DNA of 64,000 nt from Promethearchaeota archaeon Loki_b32. Lineage in GTDB: Archaea; Asgardarchaeota; Lokiarchaeia; Sigyniarchaeales; SOKP01. The translations under genes and the position numbers were made by a program. The stretch is taken from NCBI GenBank assembly GCA_005223125.1, contig NJBH01000020.1, forward strand, positions 1-64,000, in the 5' to 3' direction. Below are positions 52,183-62,992 of the stretch, one piece after another. Numbering within the stretch: the first letter of the stretch is position 1; the number at the start of each line of letters is the position of its first letter. Below the pieces are notes generated by a model. It was not told the origin of the DNA and ran no database searches. It was given only the letters and a program-made list of their open reading frames with translations.

Positions 52183-52716
52183 ATGGCTGACGCGATGTTT
52201 AAGATTGTGTTTTTCGGGGATGGAGGTGTCGGTAAAACAACTTTAATAACCCGGTTTCTGACTGGTGTCTTTAAGAGCGATTCAGTTATAACAATCGGGG
52301 TAGACTTTCATGTAAAAAAAGTTGATATTGATGGGAAACGAGTTAGTTTACAAATCTGGGATTTTGCTGGTGAGGATAGGTTTAGATTTCTTATGCCTAG
52401 TTATGTAGTTGGAGCCTCTGGAGGAATCTTTATGTTTGATATAACAAGATATACAAGTCTTAAAAATTTTAATGATTGGATTGAAATTTTTAAAACAGGT
52501 TATAAAACTGTTAACCACCAAATGCCTGTTCTTATGGTAGGGAGCAAACTAGACCTTGAGTATAAAAGAGCCGTTTCTAGAGAAGATGCGCTTGAATTGG
52601 CTAAAAAAAATAATCTTTTCGGGTACATCGAATGTTCTGCTAAAGATGGGCAAAATGTAGAAGAAATTTTTGAAGAAATTGCCCGATTAATGATGATGAA
52701 AGCAGGATTACTGTAA
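52183..52716 (+). CDS. Rab-like small GTPase
   Basis: GDGGVGKT, TIGVDF, LQIWDFAGEDRFR, SKLD, CSAK. Confidence 0.95.
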   Translation: MADAMFKIVFFGDGGVGKTTLITRFLTGVFKSDSVITIGVDFHVKKVDIDGKRVSLQIWDFAGEDRFRFLMPSYVVGASGGIFMFDITRYTSLKNFNDWIEIFKTGYKTVNHQMPVLMVGSKLDLEYKRAVSREDALELAKKNNLFGYIECSAKDGQNVEEIFEEIARLMMMKAGLL

Positions 52717-52739
52717 TAAAGATCAGAGTTAAGATTATA

Positions 52740-53585
52740 CTAATTTTTAAAAATCTCATCTAAATTATTAATTACAATATCTGGGATTAGGTTTTTATCA
52801 AAATCTTCAGAAATATTCGCTTTATCTTTTAAATCTTTAATCATTTCTAAAGTAGTAACTCCAGTTAATACAGCCACCGTTATTATCCCCGCACGGTTGC
52901 CTGCTAAAATATCAGTATTCAGTCTATCCCCAAAAATACAAGTATTTTCAGCTGATATTTGAGTTTCATTCAATATCATTTCAATTCCAAAAGGTTCTGG
53001 TTTTCCGAATATTCTAACAGGATTTTTACCTGTACATGTAATTAGAGCATTTACCATTGTACCCGCTCCCGGTTTAAGCCCTCGAGCAACAGGCAATGTA
53101 GAATCTGCGTTTGTTGCATAAAATTTAGCATTACCCTCTAAAACACATTTTTGTGCAATTGCTATATCATTATAATTAAAATTTCTATCAAGTCCAACGA
53201 TTACAAAATCAATCTCATTGAAATTTACAGGTTCAGTAATTATTTTATGCCCTAATGATTGTAACTCTTCTCTTAAGCCTATTTCTCCAATTACAAAAAT
53301 ATTAGCGTTTTCCTTTTTTTTTGTAATTTCGGCAGAGGAGATTGAAGCACTTGTATAAAAATCAGATATTGTACTATCTAAATTGAATTTTTTTAACCTC
53401 TCTACATAGGTTTTTCGTGTTGCAGTAGAATTATTTGAATTATACACTACCTTAATAGAACGTTTTTTAAGTTCTTTTATTATTCTATCTGCTTGTGGAA
53501 TTAAAGTATCTCCACGATAAATCACACCATCTAAGTCAAAAATTGCTAACTTAATATCATTTAAATTATCTATTAATTCTCGCAT
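52740..53585 (-). CDS. HAD-IIA hydrolase (NagD-like)
   Basis: FDLDG, NNS, GKPEP, GDRLNTDI; ATG at 53585 avoids overlap with the upstream gene. Confidence 0.92.
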   Translation of the reverse strand: MRELIDNLNDIKLAIFDLDGVIYRGDTLIPQADRIIKELKKRSIKVVYNSNNSTATRKTYVERLKKFNLDSTISDFYTSASISSAEITKKKENANIFVIGEIGLREELQSLGHKIITEPVNFNEIDFVIVGLDRNFNYNDIAIAQKCVLEGNAKFYATNADSTLPVARGLKPGAGTMVNALITCTGKNPVRIFGKPEPFGIEMILNETQISAENTCIFGDRLNTDILAGNRAGIITVAVLTGVTTLEMIKDLKDKANISEDFDKNLIPDIVINNLDEIFKN

Positions 53586-53593
53586 ATTAAAAA

Positions 53594-54739
53594 TTAAAAC
53601 CATCCCACTGGTAATCCTAATAAGTTTATAAAAAGCTGTATACCTAGAGGAATAAAAATCGGGTTTAAAATATTATCAGCGGTATATATTGGAAAATAAT
53701 CAGTAAGAAAGAAAATTAATGCTCCAATTAATGCATATATAGGTCCTACAAGAATTAATCCAATTATATATGCTAAAACAATTCCAGCTAGAAAACCTTC
53801 TACCGATTTAGTATCTTTACTTCTCACTATGACCTTATGTTTTCCATATCTTCTTCCAATTAAAGCAGCTGCTGCATCCGAAAGACATGCGATAAGAATT
53901 CCTGAGAAAACAGCTAAAATATGAAGTATTCCTACCATATAAAGCATATACGAAAAAATAAATCCTGTTATAATGTAAATTTGAGGACCAGTAGCATTTA
54001 TCTCTTTATTTCTTAACATTGATTTTGTAAGAAAATTAAAGATAGAATATTCTGGACCCCAAATAATTCTAATTAAATCAGAAATTATTGCAAACATTAA
54101 CGCTCCAATCAAAGCCATCATAGTAAGAAAAATAACAGCTCGAAAATCTCCAAAAACAAATGGGAATTTGTCAATTGGACCCCAAATTAATTCATAAGCA
54201 GGTTGAATTTGATTAATTAATACAATTACACTGTCACTAATTATTAGTGTAACTGGATAAAGAGCGAAAAAACCAAAATATGCCATAAGAAGAAGTAATC
54301 CCATCAAATGAAAACTTTTTCTTATCAACTCCATTCTAAAGGTTATATCTTCTATATATGGGTTTTCTTTAGTCATTCTCTCGATATATCTTTTTAAAAT
54401 TGGTTTTTTTTCACCTTTTAAGTTAACATCTTCGGTTTCTGACTCCATTTTCCGTACTTCTCTTTTAATTATGGCAAAAAAAGAAAAACTGACTAGTAGT
54501 ATAATACCAATCCACCACACCATAAATCCATTATATGGATAAGGAAAAAATCTTACAATAGAATTATAATATCCAAAAATTAAAAAACATATACCACAAA
54601 TTATAGTAGAAATTCCCCCATACCTATTATTTACTTTAATTCCCTTTCGACCAATATGAATCATCAAAATCATTAAAATAAAAAAGGAAAGTGTTAGCGT
54701 CAGATTGTAAATATTATCAATAGCAGTCCAGTAATCCAT
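53594..54739 (-). CDS. Polyprenol/diacylglycerol kinase family (CTP-dependent) membrane protein
   Basis: RKSFH, SDAAAALIG, KSVEG, DN motifs. Confidence 0.85.
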   Translation of the reverse strand: MDYWTAIDNIYNLTLTLSFFILMILMIHIGRKGIKVNNRYGGISTIICGICFLIFGYYNSIVRFFPYPYNGFMVWWIGIILLVSFSFFAIIKREVRKMESETEDVNLKGEKKPILKRYIERMTKENPYIEDITFRMELIRKSFHLMGLLLLMAYFGFFALYPVTLIISDSVIVLINQIQPAYELIWGPIDKFPFVFGDFRAVIFLTMMALIGALMFAIISDLIRIIWGPEYSIFNFLTKSMLRNKEINATGPQIYIITGFIFSYMLYMVGILHILAVFSGILIACLSDAAAALIGRRYGKHKVIVRSKDTKSVEGFLAGIVLAYIIGLILVGPIYALIGALIFFLTDYFPIYTADNILNPIFIPLGIQLFINLLGLPVGWF

Positions 54740-54810
54740 AATTATTCAGATAAAGAATTTTTTTAATTATTGAAATAATTAATAATCTAATAATTAATTT
54801 TGTTTTAATA

Positions 54811-55863
54811 ATGTATTCACATAGAAGTGAATTCCTAAAAGCTTTATCAAAAGAACCGACAGCACGAGTTCCATTGTATTGTACAGGATACCCCGAATTA
54901 GAGTTTATTGATAATTACCTTAAGCGATATAAACTTAAAACTAATAATACAAGCTTAATTTTAAATGATAAAAACTACAACATCATTGAACAGATGGATT
55001 TTGATGCCATTTCTCTATGGGATTTCAGACGAGGAGAAGGTGGTTATGATTTAGATGATCAAAGAAGAGTAGATGGATGGGGACGTATATATAAAGATGA
55101 ATGGTATTTATGGGACGGTATTTTTAAAAATGAAAAAATTCTGCTAGAGTGGAAATATCTTAAACTCCCTATTAAAGAAAAATTAATGAAATTAAAAGAA
55201 TTTTTAAGGAAAGAACATAAAAAATTAGATTATGTTGTCTCTTTACCTGGTTTGTTTGAGAAAACTTGGCAATCAATGGGATTCTATTATTTTGCTAAAT
55301 CTCTAAAAAAAAATATTGAATTTGTGGAAACGGTGGTCTCATTTTTCTCAAACTATATAAAAAAGTTAATTAAAGCACTCCAAAATACTGGAACAAAAAT
55401 ATTTCTAGTAGCAGATGATTATGGATATAAAAACAGGACATTTATTCCAAAAGAAATGTGGAACCACCTTTTCTTTGACCACTATAAAGAAATAATTAAT
55501 ATTATCCATGAAAAAAAAAATAATATAATACTACATTCTGATGGCTATATCTCTGAAATGATCAAAACTTTTATTGATCTGGGGTTTGATGCTGTTCAGA
55601 GTTTGGAACCCAACGCAGGTGTAAATATATTTGATCTTTTTAAGAAATATCAGAACCATATCTGTTTCATTGGTAATTTAGATATATCACTTCTAGCGTT
55701 TGGAACTATAAAACAAGTAAAAGACTATATTATTAGTTTAATTGGAAAAGCAAATAAATATAATTGTTCTTTAGTAGTATCACCTACACAACAAATTAAT
55801 TCAAAATGTAAACCAGAAAATATTAATGCAATGATAATAGAAACGACTAAAATATTTAAATAA
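54811..55863 (+). CDS. Uroporphyrinogen decarboxylase/MtaA-like TIM-barrel protein
   Basis: DGWG, ADDYG, LHSDG, SLEP, IGNLD. Confidence 0.85.
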   Translation: MYSHRSEFLKALSKEPTARVPLYCTGYPELEFIDNYLKRYKLKTNNTSLILNDKNYNIIEQMDFDAISLWDFRRGEGGYDLDDQRRVDGWGRIYKDEWYLWDGIFKNEKILLEWKYLKLPIKEKLMKLKEFLRKEHKKLDYVVSLPGLFEKTWQSMGFYYFAKSLKKNIEFVETVVSFFSNYIKKLIKALQNTGTKIFLVADDYGYKNRTFIPKEMWNHLFFDHYKEIINIIHEKKNNIILHSDGYISEMIKTFIDLGFDAVQSLEPNAGVNIFDLFKKYQNHICFIGNLDISLLAFGTIKQVKDYIISLIGKANKYNCSLVVSPTQQINSKCKPENINAMIIETTKIFK

Positions 55864-56081
55864 TAATTTTGATAATTACTACAAGTAAAGACTTTATAAA
55901 AATAATAACAGTGCTTAAGGTAGCCTTACAAAAATTTCTAAAGTTAATTAATAAAGAAGTAATAATATAATTTATTAGAAAATAAGAAATAAAAAAAAAT
56001 AAATAGAATTAAAATAAGTAAATTATATCTATTATAATAAGATTATATTACAAATTAGATCCTCAAAATTACCAAAAAAAA

Positions 56082-56459
56082 ATGATAAACTTGGAACCAA
56101 CTACAGACTCGCTCGATGACATCCTAAAAAAGTTGTTGTCAGCAATTCCAGAAGTAAAAGCTGCGGCAATTGTTTCTGCAGAAGGGTTACCTATTGCTTC
56201 AGCTCTTCCACAAGGGGTGGATGAAACGAGAATTGCCGCTATGACTGCAGCGTTACTCTCCTTAGCTGAAAGGTCTGTTATCGAGATGGAAAAGGGGGAA
56301 TTTGAACAGCTCTACGTTAAGGGAAGCGATGGCTACCTCTTAGTCTTACAAGCGGGCCCCAATGCCGTATTGACTGTTTCTACAACTAAAGATGTAAGAT
56401 TGGGATTAATATTTTTAGATTGTAGACGAACATGCGAAAAAATCGCGAAATTAATCTAA
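56082..56459 (+). CDS. Roadblock/LC7 (MglB/LAMTOR-like) protein
   Basis: VSAEGLPIASALP, RIAAMTAALLSLAER, LGLIFLD. Confidence 0.95.
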   Translation: MINLEPTTDSLDDILKKLLSAIPEVKAAAIVSAEGLPIASALPQGVDETRIAAMTAALLSLAERSVIEMEKGEFEQLYVKGSDGYLLVLQAGPNAVLTVSTTKDVRLGLIFLDCRRTCEKIAKLI

Positions 56460-57175
56460 ACTTCTTCTAATATTGTTTCATTTATTACATCGTAATAAAG
56501 ATAGATATAAGAATGTTTCAATATTTCACATTTTTTAAGTTCTAGAGCTTTGATATTAAATAAATCATCATCAGTCTGAGGAGCTAATCCATCTATTGAT
56601 GTAGGTGTATTCTTTCCACCAATTAAACAGGGGGCGATTATAAGAGAAATATGATCGATAATTTTATGTTTAAGAAATAAAGCGTTTAATGTTCCTCCTG
56701 ATTGAATCGAGATCTTTTCAATTTTATGATCTTGCTTCAGTTTTTCGAACAAATCTTCCAAATTAATAATAGTTGGATAAAAAATAATAATTAAATCTTT
56801 TTCTTTTGTAAATTCGAAAGCTGGATGGTTTTGGTTGTTTGTAACAATATATATTGATTTAAATGATTTTAGTAGATAATTAACACCACTATTTGTAAGA
56901 TGTGGTTGACGATCAATAATAATAAGGTTGACATCCTTATGATTATCCGCTTTTTCTCGTGAATTAACACCTATTTTAGCTAATATGTTTCCACTGATTA
57001 TCGCATGTCTATCAGTCTTAAATAAGAAATCATAATATTGGTAATAACCTTCTTTAATTCCTTTAATTTTAGGAAAATCAATCTCTTGATCCCGATCATC
57101 GATATCTCCTGTAGAAATTTTCCCATCTGCTGACTGAAGCATAAAAAGAGTTGTTTCAGGGCGATTCTTATTCAT
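56456..57175 (-). CDS. RibD C-terminal/dihydrofolate reductase-family protein
   Basis: SADGKI, QSGGTLN, APCLIGG. Confidence 0.85.
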   Translation of the reverse strand: MNKNRPETTLFMLQSADGKISTGDIDDRDQEIDFPKIKGIKEGYYQYYDFLFKTDRHAIISGNILAKIGVNSREKADNHKDVNLIIIDRQPHLTNSGVNYLLKSFKSIYIVTNNQNHPAFEFTKEKDLIIIFYPTIINLEDLFEKLKQDHKIEKISIQSGGTLNALFLKHKIIDHISLIIAPCLIGGKNTPTSIDGLAPQTDDDLFNIKALELKKCEILKHSYIYLYYDVINETILEEV

Positions 57176-57370
57176 TAATTTTTCACTTTTGATAGTTTTT
57201 TAATAATTATGTTGAAGGGCTTTTGAGAGGCCATAAATAACAATTTAATTTTTGAAATTAATGTAGAAATTTAATTCTTTTTTATATTAAAGATTTATAA
57301 TAAGAATTAACGAAATTTATAATAATCATTTCTTTTCTTAGAAATAAAAAAATCAATTAAATAACATATT

Positions 57371-58636
57371 TTGATTCAAATGACTGATACGAACCTCAAT
57401 AATTATATGTATGATTTTATAGTAAAAATTTGTAACGAAATTGGACCAAGAGAATCAGGTACTGAGCAAGAACTACTCGCAGGTAACGTTATTGAAGAGG
57501 AATTGACAAAATTTTGCGATGAAGCTCATCAAGAAGAATATATAAGTAGTCCTCATGCATTTCTTGGAGGGATAAGGTATGCTACCTTTCTAGTTCTCGT
57601 ATCAATAATTTTATATTGGCTTTCATTGTTGATAGACCTTAGAATATGGCAAATTGATAACCTATATAATTTAATCTTTATGGTTATAGCAGTTATTCTT
57701 ATAATAATAAGTGTGAGTTATTTTATCTTAGAAGTGATGAAATATCATGAAACATATGACTTCCTTTTCCCCAAAAGAAAATCGAATAATATTATTGGAA
57801 CAATAAATCCATCAAGTGATATAAAGCATACAATAATATTTTCAGCTCACCATGATTCCGCTTTCGAATTTAACACTTTTTATTACTTGAAAAGGTTTGG
57901 GCAAATTATAATTAATGTTGGATATCTTGGAGTGGGTATAATATTCATTGTAATTATCTTGAAAATCATTTTACAAATTTTTACAATTGAACTAACAATT
58001 CTATTTTTATCATTTGGTTACTTCTTCCTTATTTTTATCCCAATAATTCTTGTTTACATGTTTTTTCATACTTATCATCCAGTTTTAGGCGCATTTGATA
58101 ATTTATCCGGAGTGGCAGTTGTTTTAGGAATAGGAAAGTTTTTATCAGAAAATAAAGATAATCCAGAAATTTTTCCAAAAAATACTAAAATTTATCTTAT
58201 TTCATTTGCGGGAGAAGAGGCAGGTTTAAGAGGTGCAAAGAGGTATATTAATACTCACATTGATGAATTAAAAATTGAAAAAACTATTGTTGTAAATATG
58301 GACAGCATTGGTAAAAAGGATATCGTTATTATTCATGACAGAGAACCGGGAATAGGAGCAAAGCATGATCCAAAAATATACCAACCATTATTCGAGATAG
58401 CTAAAAAAATCAATCCTATCGCCAAAATATCTCCTTTACCATTTGGAGCAACTGATGGTGGGGCATTTAGTAAAAAAGGAATACCGTCAACCTCAATTGG
58501 TGGCCTTAACCTAAAAGATGAACTTCCGCCCTATTATCATACAAGACTAGATACTCCTGAAAATGTTGAAAAAGATGCACTAGGTCAATTTCTTAAGATT
58601 TGTGTGGAATATCTAAAATATGTAGATACTCAATGA
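57371..58636 (+). CDS. M28 peptidase with TM insertions
   Basis: SAHHDS, GAFDNLSG, GEEAGL, NMDS, YHTRLDT. Confidence 0.9.
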   Translation: MIQMTDTNLNNYMYDFIVKICNEIGPRESGTEQELLAGNVIEEELTKFCDEAHQEEYISSPHAFLGGIRYATFLVLVSIILYWLSLLIDLRIWQIDNLYNLIFMVIAVILIIISVSYFILEVMKYHETYDFLFPKRKSNNIIGTINPSSDIKHTIIFSAHHDSAFEFNTFYYLKRFGQIIINVGYLGVGIIFIVIILKIILQIFTIELTILFLSFGYFFLIFIPIILVYMFFHTYHPVLGAFDNLSGVAVVLGIGKFLSENKDNPEIFPKNTKIYLISFAGEEAGLRGAKRYINTHIDELKIEKTIVVNMDSIGKKDIVIIHDREPGIGAKHDPKIYQPLFEIAKKINPIAKISPLPFGATDGGAFSKKGIPSTSIGGLNLKDELPPYYHTRLDTPENVEKDALGQFLKICVEYLKYVDTQ

Positions 58637-58710
58637 TACATTTAATTGTTTTATATGATCTTTAATAGAATTTATCCATGACGATGATGAATTACAACCC
58701 TCAAGGAAAT

Positions 58711-59496
58711 TTAATTCGACTTATTTAATGCATTTTTAATTGCTTCTCTAAGTTTACTTTTCTCTACTTCTGGACCTACTTCAATCATTTCACCATTAAC
58801 ATAGATTCTTCGCTCAATACCATATTGCTGTAAAATTTTTTGATCAACTGCTGAAAACTCATTAAGAATAACATCATTTCCGTATTCTGAGACTACTTCT
58901 CGCACTCTTTGTGCTTCAACATCACTAGTTAAACAAAATCTATTCCAAAATAAATCTATGACAATCTTTCCTCTTATAGGTTTAAAATTGTAGTTTTCCC
59001 CTCGGAAATGAGGAGGTTCAGCATTTTGATCAAATTGTTTCCAAAGAATTGCTTCTTCACCACGTTTTTCTGCAACTTTAAATCCTAATTTTAAAAAATA
59101 TTCTGCGGGCATAAACCAAAAATCCCAAAAATACCCAATAGTTGCGATTCCTTTACGATCTTGGCGTTTAGTTTCTTCTTCAGCAGTTTTGACTAACTTT
59201 TTACCAATGCCATTTTGAGAAAATTTAGAATGCGAAACTAAGCAAGGAAATACCATCAACTCTCTACCTTGTATTTGCCAAGGATTTATTTCAATTGGCA
59301 TAATATATAAAAACCCTGCATGAATATTATCTACAAGAGCAACTTTAACTCTCAACCCATATTTTTCCATACTCCTGAGCCAAGATATACGGCGTGGAGC
59401 GGACTTTTCACGTTCAATGTTATTTTCATTTACATGAGTACAGGTACCAACATAATACTCATCAACTTTAGTCATATCTCGAATAATAATTCGCAT
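58711..59496 (-). CDS. GNAT acetyltransferase with thioredoxin-like (YoaP-like) C-terminus
   Basis: NGIGKKLV, FLKLGF, IYVNG. Confidence 0.8.
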   Translation of the reverse strand: MRIIIRDMTKVDEYYVGTCTHVNENNIEREKSAPRRISWLRSMEKYGLRVKVALVDNIHAGFLYIMPIEINPWQIQGRELMVFPCLVSHSKFSQNGIGKKLVKTAEEETKRQDRKGIATIGYFWDFWFMPAEYFLKLGFKVAEKRGEEAILWKQFDQNAEPPHFRGENYNFKPIRGKIVIDLFWNRFCLTSDVEAQRVREVVSEYGNDVILNEFSAVDQKILQQYGIERRIYVNGEMIEVGPEVEKSKLREAIKNALNKSN

Positions 59497-59518
59497 TTCG
59501 TATGATTCCTATAATTAC

Positions 59519-60505
59519 TTAAGTTAGTTTCTTAACATTTTCCTGAATTAATTTCGCGTTTGGAATGATTGCTTTTTCTAAATTTGGTGAATAGGGAATT
59601 GGGACATTTGGAGTATTCAGTCTAATAATTCTTTTCTTTAAAAAGTGAAAGCCCTCTTCAGCGACAATTGCGGCAATCTCTGCGCTCACTGAACACGTTT
59701 TACAACCTTCATCAACAATTAGCAATCTTCCTGTTTTTTCAACAGAATTTAGGATAGAATCTTTATCCAATGGAACTAGAGTTCTTGGATCTATTACTTC
59801 ACAATGAATATTCTCTGCTTCTAATTTTCTAGCGGCGTTAATACTTTCTAAAACCATAGCACCGGTAGCAACAATTGTCACATCATCACCCTCAGTGAAT
59901 TTCCTTGCTTGTCCAAATGGTATTGTAAAATTCTTATCCAATGGCACCTCTCCAGTTTGGTAATATGCCCTCTTATTTTCAAAAAAGATTACAGGATCAT
60001 TATCTCGTACAGCAGTCTTCATTAATCCTTTAAAATCACGGGCATTTGAGGGTAAAACAACTTTTAAACCCGGTACATGCATAAACCATGACTCAAAAGA
60101 CTGTGAATGTTGTGCAGCCCCCATTATACCTGTTCCAAATGGAACTCTAATAGTAACAGGAACAGAAATTTGACCTCCATACATATATCTTGCTTTTGCG
60201 GCTTGATTCACAATCATCTCCATACATACAGTTAAAAAGTCCGCAAACATAATCTCCGCAATAGGACGCATTCCAACCATAGCCGCTCCAACAGCACAGC
60301 CCAAAATCGCATTTTCACTAATTGGTGTATCACGAACTCTCTCAGAACCAAATTTATCTAATAAACCCTCAGTTACAAAAAAAGCGCCTCCAAATCTACC
60401 AATATCTTCTCCTATTAAAAATACAGAATCATCACGTTCCATTTCTTCTTCAATAGCTAATCTTATAGCCTCCAAACCTCTCATAGTTTTAGTTTCTTCA
60501 GTCAT
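59519..60505 (-). CDS. 2-oxoacid/acetoin dehydrogenase E1 beta subunit (AcoB/PdhB-like)
   Basis: GEDIG, DTPISE, EIMFADF, AAQHSQ, DPRTLVPLD. Confidence 0.93.
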   Translation of the reverse strand: MTEETKTMRGLEAIRLAIEEEMERDDSVFLIGEDIGRFGGAFFVTEGLLDKFGSERVRDTPISENAILGCAVGAAMVGMRPIAEIMFADFLTVCMEMIVNQAAKARYMYGGQISVPVTIRVPFGTGIMGAAQHSQSFESWFMHVPGLKVVLPSNARDFKGLMKTAVRDNDPVIFFENKRAYYQTGEVPLDKNFTIPFGQARKFTEGDDVTIVATGAMVLESINAARKLEAENIHCEVIDPRTLVPLDKDSILNSVEKTGRLLIVDEGCKTCSVSAEIAAIVAEEGFHFLKKRIIRLNTPNVPIPYSPNLEKAIIPNAKLIQENVKKLT

Positions 60506-60506
60506 T

Positions 60507-61508
60507 TTAATTGCCTCCTAAATTCATTGGATTTTTATATATGTCATCTAAGACTGTATTAATATCTGGTTTCGGACTTTTTTTAGTTATTTTAACACTT
60601 TGGTCTATTTGTTCTAAAGTATCTTCTCCAATTTTTTGAATAATTGCTCGATCGAAAACTTCATTCTTGATAAGTCTTATTTTAAACTTTTCAATAGGAC
60701 ATTTTCTCTTCCATTCTTCTTTTTCTTCGGTTAAGCGGTATTTATCAGCATCCATAGTTGTTTGACCTTGCCACCTATAAGTTTTGCATTCAATTAACGT
60801 GGGACCCCCTCCCTTTCTAGCAATATCCACCGCTTCTTTAATGGTCTTATATACTTCAATTACATCATTACCATCAATAGTAAAACCTTTCATCCCATAC
60901 CCTTGAGCACGAAGTGAAAGATCTTTAATAACAGTTGCATAATCAACAGGAGTGCTCCATCCATATTTGTTATTCTCTAAAACAAAAATTATAGGAAGTT
61001 TCCATATAGCAGCAAGATTCATTGATTCATGTAACATTCCTTGATTTGCAGCACCATCACCAAAAAAAGTAAGAACTACTTTACCTTCATTTCTCATCTT
61101 TGAAGCTAAGGCAACTCCAAGGGCTAGAGGAGGTCCTGCTCCAACAATTCCATTTGCACCAAGCATATTTTTAGAAAAGTCAGCAACATGCATCGAACCA
61201 CCACGACCCTTGCAAATTCCTCCTTCTTTCCCGTAAATTTCTGCCATAAGTGAATTAATGTCCCCACCTTTAGCAATAAAATGACCATGACCTCTATGTG
61301 TAGAAGTGATATAATCATCCTCATTAATAGCCGCACAAGCTCCAACAGCTATAGCTTCTTCACCTGTATATGCGTGGACTAAAGGTGATTTGATTTTTCC
61401 AGTATCTTTTGTAATTCTTTGTTCAAATTCACGAATCAATAACATTTTTTTATAAAGATTAATTAATTCATCAGAACTCAAATCCTTAGGTAATTCATCC
61501 TTCTTCAT
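60507..61508 (-). CDS. 2-oxoacid/acetoin dehydrogenase E1 alpha subunit (AcoA/PdhA-like)
   Basis: THRGHGH, GRGGSMH, GDGA...ENN TPP-binding motif. Confidence 0.93.
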   Translation of the reverse strand: MKKDELPKDLSSDELINLYKKMLLIREFEQRITKDTGKIKSPLVHAYTGEEAIAVGACAAINEDDYITSTHRGHGHFIAKGGDINSLMAEIYGKEGGICKGRGGSMHVADFSKNMLGANGIVGAGPPLALGVALASKMRNEGKVVLTFFGDGAANQGMLHESMNLAAIWKLPIIFVLENNKYGWSTPVDYATVIKDLSLRAQGYGMKGFTIDGNDVIEVYKTIKEAVDIARKGGGPTLIECKTYRWQGQTTMDADKYRLTEEKEEWKRKCPIEKFKIRLIKNEVFDRAIIQKIGEDTLEQIDQSVKITKKSPKPDINTVLDDIYKNPMNLGGN

Positions 61509-61626
61509 CTTTTCACACTCTTCTTTTTAAAAATTCAATCAAGAATATTTAATTCTTTCTTTTCATTGATTTAATATATTATAGTAGTAAAGATTTTTTA
61601 AAACACTTTAAAATTCAATATTTATA

Positions 61627-61935
61627 ATGACCGAAAATAATCATTATTATGTAATTATAAAGCCTTATCGTCAAGATTTTCTTACAAATCCGAAGGAAAA
61701 TGAAGATAAAATAATGGAAGATCATTTTTATTATTTAAAGTCATTACTAAAACAGAAAAAACTATTTTTAGCTGGTCCAACATTAATAACTGAGGATCCC
61801 TTCGGAGTTATTATCTTGGAAGTAAACACAGAGGAAGAAGCAAAAAAATTAATAGAAAATGATCCCTCAGTTAAAGCAGGAATACAGAAGGTTGTAGATT
61901 TTAGACCTATCCGCTTATCTCTCACAAAGAAATAG
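61627..61935 (+). CDS. YciI-family protein
   Basis: HFYYL, LAGP, NDPSV. Confidence 0.88.
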   Translation: MTENNHYYVIIKPYRQDFLTNPKENEDKIMEDHFYYLKSLLKQKKLFLAGPTLITEDPFGVIILEVNTEEEAKKLIENDPSVKAGIQKVVDFRPIRLSLTKK

Positions 61936-62083
61936 GGATCTCCAATTCAAATTTCAATATAAATTTATTCTCGCTTTTCTTCTATAATACAATAAGTGCA
62001 AAACCACAAACTATTAATTTTTTAATTCAATTATTCAATTACTAAACTTCATCAAATTTCATAAATTATACGGGTATATTCAG

Positions 62084-62686
62084 ATGTTTAAACTTTATAC
62101 CATTGAAGGAAAGATTGAGATACCACCCTTTCTTTTTGGCCAAGAAAAAGAAGTGAGTGCTAGAATAATTCTTTCAGAAGATTATGAAGGTATTATTACT
62201 AGGAATTACGGTTTTATAATCGCTGTTGTAGATGTTCTTAATGTGGGAAAAGGTATCATCATACCTGGCAACGCTAATACTTTTCATGAAGTAGAGTTCA
62301 CAATTCTTACATTCAGGCCAACGGTTTCAGAAGTAGTACAAGGAACAGTAGTTGAGATAGTAGATTTTGGAAGTTTTATACGTTTAGGTCCCTTAGACGG
62401 ATTAGTTCATGTATCGCAAATTTGCGATGATTATATTTCTTACGAACAAGTTGGAAATCGATTTATTGGAAAAGAAACGGGAAAAATCCTTGAGGTAAAT
62501 GATCAAGTTAGAGCAAAGATAATAGCAGTTTCTTTAGGTACAGGAAGAAGTGGAAAACTTGGATTAACAATGAGACAGAGATTTTTGGGAAAAGAAGAAT
62601 GGATTGAAACCGATATTGAAGATAGTATTGCTGAAAAGGAAGCAAAACTAGCTGGACCAAGTGAAGTTGAAGATAATTCAGAATAG
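62084..62686 (+). CDS. rpoE1: DNA-directed RNA polymerase subunit Rpo7 (E')
   Basis: IPP, FGSFIRLGPLDGLVHVSQI, GLTMRQ. Confidence 0.97.
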   Translation: MFKLYTIEGKIEIPPFLFGQEKEVSARIILSEDYEGIITRNYGFIIAVVDVLNVGKGIIIPGNANTFHEVEFTILTFRPTVSEVVQGTVVEIVDFGSFIRLGPLDGLVHVSQICDDYISYEQVGNRFIGKETGKILEVNDQVRAKIIAVSLGTGRSGKLGLTMRQRFLGKEEWIETDIEDSIAEKEAKLAGPSEVEDNSE

Positions 62687-62712
62687 TCAACTTAAAAGGA
62701 GAATGAGTAATT

Positions 62713-62901
62713 ATGAAAGAAAAAGCTTGTAAAAATTGTCATTTGATAACTAAGAATGAGACACTCTGTCCTAAATGTAAAACACACTCCTTAAGCGAAG
62801 ATTTTACTGGGGAGGTTATTATTATAAACCCTAAGGAATCGAAGTTCGCTTCCCATTTAAAGGTCGTCTACCCTGGGAAGTACGCTTTAAGAGTGCGCTA
62901 A
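62713..62901 (+). CDS. spt4: Transcription elongation factor Spt4 (RpoE'')
   Basis: ACKNC...CPKC, PGKYALRVR; follows rpoE1. Confidence 0.96.
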   Translation: MKEKACKNCHLITKNETLCPKCKTHSLSEDFTGEVIIINPKESKFASHLKVVYPGKYALRVR

Positions 62902-62992
62902 AACACGACGGTAAATAACTCGTTATATTTTTACTAATCATAATTCCTTAGTAAACGTTATATAAAACTCTTTCTTAATATTCTTGATTTAA

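Noticed and set aside
48897-56459. Roadblock proteins and Rab-like GTPase as a novel system
   Set aside because: These are well-documented expanded families in Asgard archaea and are not operon-linked here
2304-62690. Short antisense or nested ORFs in the track (e.g. 2304, 4412, 10437, 17355, 25878, 31068, 48101, 59320, 62508)
   Set aside because: They lie within or opposite well-supported genes and mostly have Ser/Phe/Leu-rich shadow composition
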